This document shows positions 61,520 through 64,000 of a stretch of 64,000 nucleotides of DNA, piece after piece. This DNA comes from Gammaproteobacteria bacterium. Its GTDB lineage: Bacteria; Pseudomonadota; Gammaproteobacteria; JBCCGL01. Within the stretch, counting starts at the first letter, position 1. Each line of letters opens with the position of its first letter. The position numbers and the translations under genes were made by a program. Location: the NCBI GenBank assembly GCA_965277715.1, contig OZ255836.1:1888001-1952000 (forward strand), given 5' to 3'. Under the pieces are notes generated by a model. That model had not been told where the DNA came from. It searched no databases and worked only from the letters and a program-made list of their open reading frames with translations.

Positions 61520-63228
61520 TAGTTGCTCTCCTCCACACCCACTTCGTGGGGGAAATATTTAATCACCGATAGCATCGGGTTGGGGGCCGCCTGGCCCAGG
61601 CCGCATATTGAGGCATCGACCATCACGGTGGTCAAATCGTTGAGCAATGCGACATCCCACTGTTCGGCCTGCATTAAACCACTGGCTTTTTCAGTGCCGA
61701 CCCGGCACGGGGTGCATTGGCCACAGGATTCGTGAGCGAAGAACTTCATCGAGTTTATCGCCGCCTGTTTAGCACTGTCTTTGTCAGACAGGACGATCAC
61801 CGCCGCCGAGCCAATAAAACTGCCGTAGGGCTGCAGGGTATCAAAATCGAGCGGCACATCACCCAGCGATGCAGGCAGAATACCGCCCGAAGCACCACCG
61901 GGAAAGTAACCGTAGAAGGTATGCCCATCGGGCATGCCACCGCAGTATTCATCGATCAGTTCACGCATGGTAATACCGGCTGGGGCCAGGTGTACGCCGG
62001 GCCTGTTCACGCGCCCGGACACAGAAAAACTGCGCAGACCTTTGCGGCCATTGCGCCCGTGCCCATCAAACCAGGCACTGCCCTTTTCAATCACATCGCG
62101 CACCCACCACAGGGTCTCGCAGTTGTGTTCCAGCGTGGGCCGGCCAAACAGACCCACTTGCGCCACATAGGGAGGGCGCAAACGGGGCATACCGCGCTTG
62201 CCTTCGATCGATTCGATCATCGCCGATTCTTCACCGCAGATATAAGCGCCCGCACCACGGCGAATATGGATAGCGGGGAGGTCGATTGCCAACCGGGACA
62301 AATCATCGACAGCGTGTTGCAGGGTGCGAATGACCGAGGGGTATTCATCGCGTATATAGATGTAACAGGTATCGATGCCGATAACGCGGGCGGCAATCAG
62401 CATACCTTCCAAAAAGCGGTGGGGGTCACTGAGCATATAGTGCCTGTCCTTAAAAGTGCCTGGCTCACCCTCGTCGATATTGACCGCCATCAGGCGCGGC
62501 GCCGACTGGCTGCGCAAAATACCCCATTTGCGTCCAACCGGGAAACCGGCACCTCCCAAGCCCCGCAGGGCGGTGTTTTCCAGCTCACTGATAATGGCGT
62601 CAGCCGTGGTTTCACCGTTGATGAGTTTGTGTAACAACGCGTAGCCACCCGCTGCCCGGTAGGCATCGAGGTGTACCGTATCGGCGCATAGGGGTTGTTC
62701 GGTGGTGCCATTGTCAACCGCCTGCTGCACGGTTTGCGGGTCGGCATTATCGACGGTGTATTGACCGACAACCGCTACCGGCGCTTTGTCGCAACGACCG
62801 ACACAGGGCACTCGCTGCACACGCACAGTTTCACCCAGCCCTTGCTCTAAGGCGGCAATCAATCCCTCGGCGCCCGCCATTTCACAACTGACCGATTCAC
62901 ACACGCGCACCGTCAGTGCGGGGGGGGCTGCCCCGGTCTCTCTGACGACATCGAAATGGTGATAAAAACTCGCCACTTCGTACACCTCTGTCGTCGACAG
63001 CTTCATCTCATGCGCCAGCGCCACCAGGTGTGTAGCGGATAAATGCTGGTAGTGATCCTGAATTTTGTGCAAGTGTTCAATCAGCAAATCCTTGTCCCGT
63101 GGGGTATCCTTTAACAGCGCTTTTACTTCCAATAGTGCATTGAGGTCGACTATCCGGCCTTTGGGTTTACCCCGTTTTTTTCTGCTGCGGTTGTCGGCAG
63201 GTTTATGACCGTTTTCTGCTGTCTGCAT
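61519..63228 (-). CDS. NuoE/NuoF-like fused diaphorase subunit of NAD-dependent formate dehydrogenase
   Basis: EVASFYHHF, CVGRC, GLGGAGFP, DEGEPGTFKDR, GAGAYICGEE, ESCGQCTPCRVG. Confidence 0.92.
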   Translation of the reverse strand: MQTAENGHKPADNRSRKKRGKPKGRIVDLNALLEVKALLKDTPRDKDLLIEHLHKIQDHYQHLSATHLVALAHEMKLSTTEVYEVASFYHHFDVVRETGAAPPALTVRVCESVSCEMAGAEGLIAALEQGLGETVRVQRVPCVGRCDKAPVAVVGQYTVDNADPQTVQQAVDNGTTEQPLCADTVHLDAYRAAGGYALLHKLINGETTADAIISELENTALRGLGGAGFPVGRKWGILRSQSAPRLMAVNIDEGEPGTFKDRHYMLSDPHRFLEGMLIAARVIGIDTCYIYIRDEYPSVIRTLQHAVDDLSRLAIDLPAIHIRRGAGAYICGEESAMIESIEGKRGMPRLRPPYVAQVGLFGRPTLEHNCETLWWVRDVIEKGSAWFDGHGRNGRKGLRSFSVSGRVNRPGVHLAPAGITMRELIDEYCGGMPDGHTFYGYFPGGASGGILPASLGDVPLDFDTLQPYGSFIGSAAVIVLSDKDSAKQAAINSMKFFAHESCGQCTPCRVGTEKASGLMQAEQWDVALLNDLTTVMVDASICGLGQAAPNPMLSVIKYFPHEVGVEESN

Positions 63229-63451
63229 GAATAATCTCTGTATGAATTCTGGAACCCCTATATGAGAGGGGTCACAATAGATGCCTTATTGAACGGTATT
63301 TGGCAAAGATGCTCAATAGTTTAGCTCAACAATGTTATGCACACCCTGTCATCTGCGGGCGCTATCATATCGACTGAAGCGACCCCTGCATAGTCAGTGT
63401 CTTTGCCAACATCGACCTGCCAGTATGAATACCCGACTACACCTTTGATCG

Positions 63452-64000
63452 TTACCGACACGCATTATCCTCCGCAAAAATGACTTGTGTCGTGTGTAAA
63501 TCGTCTATTTTTTGCGGCGTATAGCCTAATGCCAGGAGTTTCTCGCGGGTATCCTGCCCGGTGCGTGGTGCAGCCCGGTTTTTCGTGGCGCCTGCGTAAG
63601 CCGAGAATTTGATTGGATCGCCCATTTGTCGGAGCGTGGTGCCGTCTTCGAGCGTTTCTTCCACCACCATATCCCGCGCCTGAATCTGTTCGTGCTCAGC
63701 GGCCTGGTTAATACTCAGCACGGGCGTTACACAAACGTCGTGACCGGCAAACAGTTCAAGCCAGTGATCTCTGGGTTCTGTGGCAAAAATTTCCTGCAAC
63801 ACGGCCTTCCATTTCGCTTGCAGTGGTTTGTCGTATAACTGTTGTAAAGCGCGCAGTTGTGGCCGTTCAAGGCAGCTAGCCAATGCCTCGACAAATTGCG
63901 GTTCCAGGCCACTGACCGCTATATAGCAATCATCCGCACAGCGGTAGTAATCGTAAAAGCTACCGCCGTTGAGCCATTCGCTCTCGTTTTCCGGGTCGAC
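63452..64000 (-). CDS. CaiB/BaiF family CoA-transferase (C-terminal part; runs off the window)
   Basis: Frame open to the window edge: LNGGSFYDYYRCADD, LEPQF, CVTPVL, APRTGQDT. Confidence 0.88.
   Translation of the reverse strand, partial: VDPENESEWLNGGSFYDYYRCADDCYIAVSGLEPQFVEALASCLERPQLRALQQLYDKPLQAKWKAVLQEIFATEPRDHWLELFAGHDVCVTPVLSINQAAEHEQIQARDMVVEETLEDGTTLRQMGDPIKFSAYAGATKNRAAPRTGQDTREKLLALGYTPQKIDDLHTTQVIFAEDNACR

Noticed and set aside
59811-62634. Long plus-strand ORFs opposite the fdh genes (and similar ones opposite hom, motB and ybbP)
   Set aside because: Antisense shadows of well-conserved genes with no recognisable motifs.

Overview
Gammaproteobacterial chromosomal window (roughly 50-55% GC by eye). 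Bases 26.3-64 kb are mostly housekeeping genes: betC, aroC, nth, relA, ybbPA-tesA, thrC-hom, surE-pcm-yqaA-nlpD-rpoS, pomAB with PilZ and HDOD genes, folD, and an NAD-dependent formate dehydrogenase. The first 26 kb is accessory: a HipBA-like TA pair, a TPR-glycosyltransferase, FAD oxidoreductases, a split type I R-M system, and an 8.5-kb mosaic (9221-17917) bracketed by a 210-bp direct repeat. The mosaic contains four copies (one nearly full, three partial) of a RAYT/TnpA-REP-like HUH Y1 nuclease element bounded by ~32-bp terminal inverted repeats (AAAAGGGGTCAATC...). Several internal junctions fall at these ends or at a related one. Between them lie an orphan Rhs-type toxin tip with its immunity gene, a truncated IS4, and an integron with a putative attI, four attC sites, five cassettes (one ORF-less, one truncated) and only a short trace of intI. 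Several small dispersed repeat/MITE families are also present. No rRNA, tRNA or CRISPR array was seen. All assignments come from motif recognition by eye; no searches were run.
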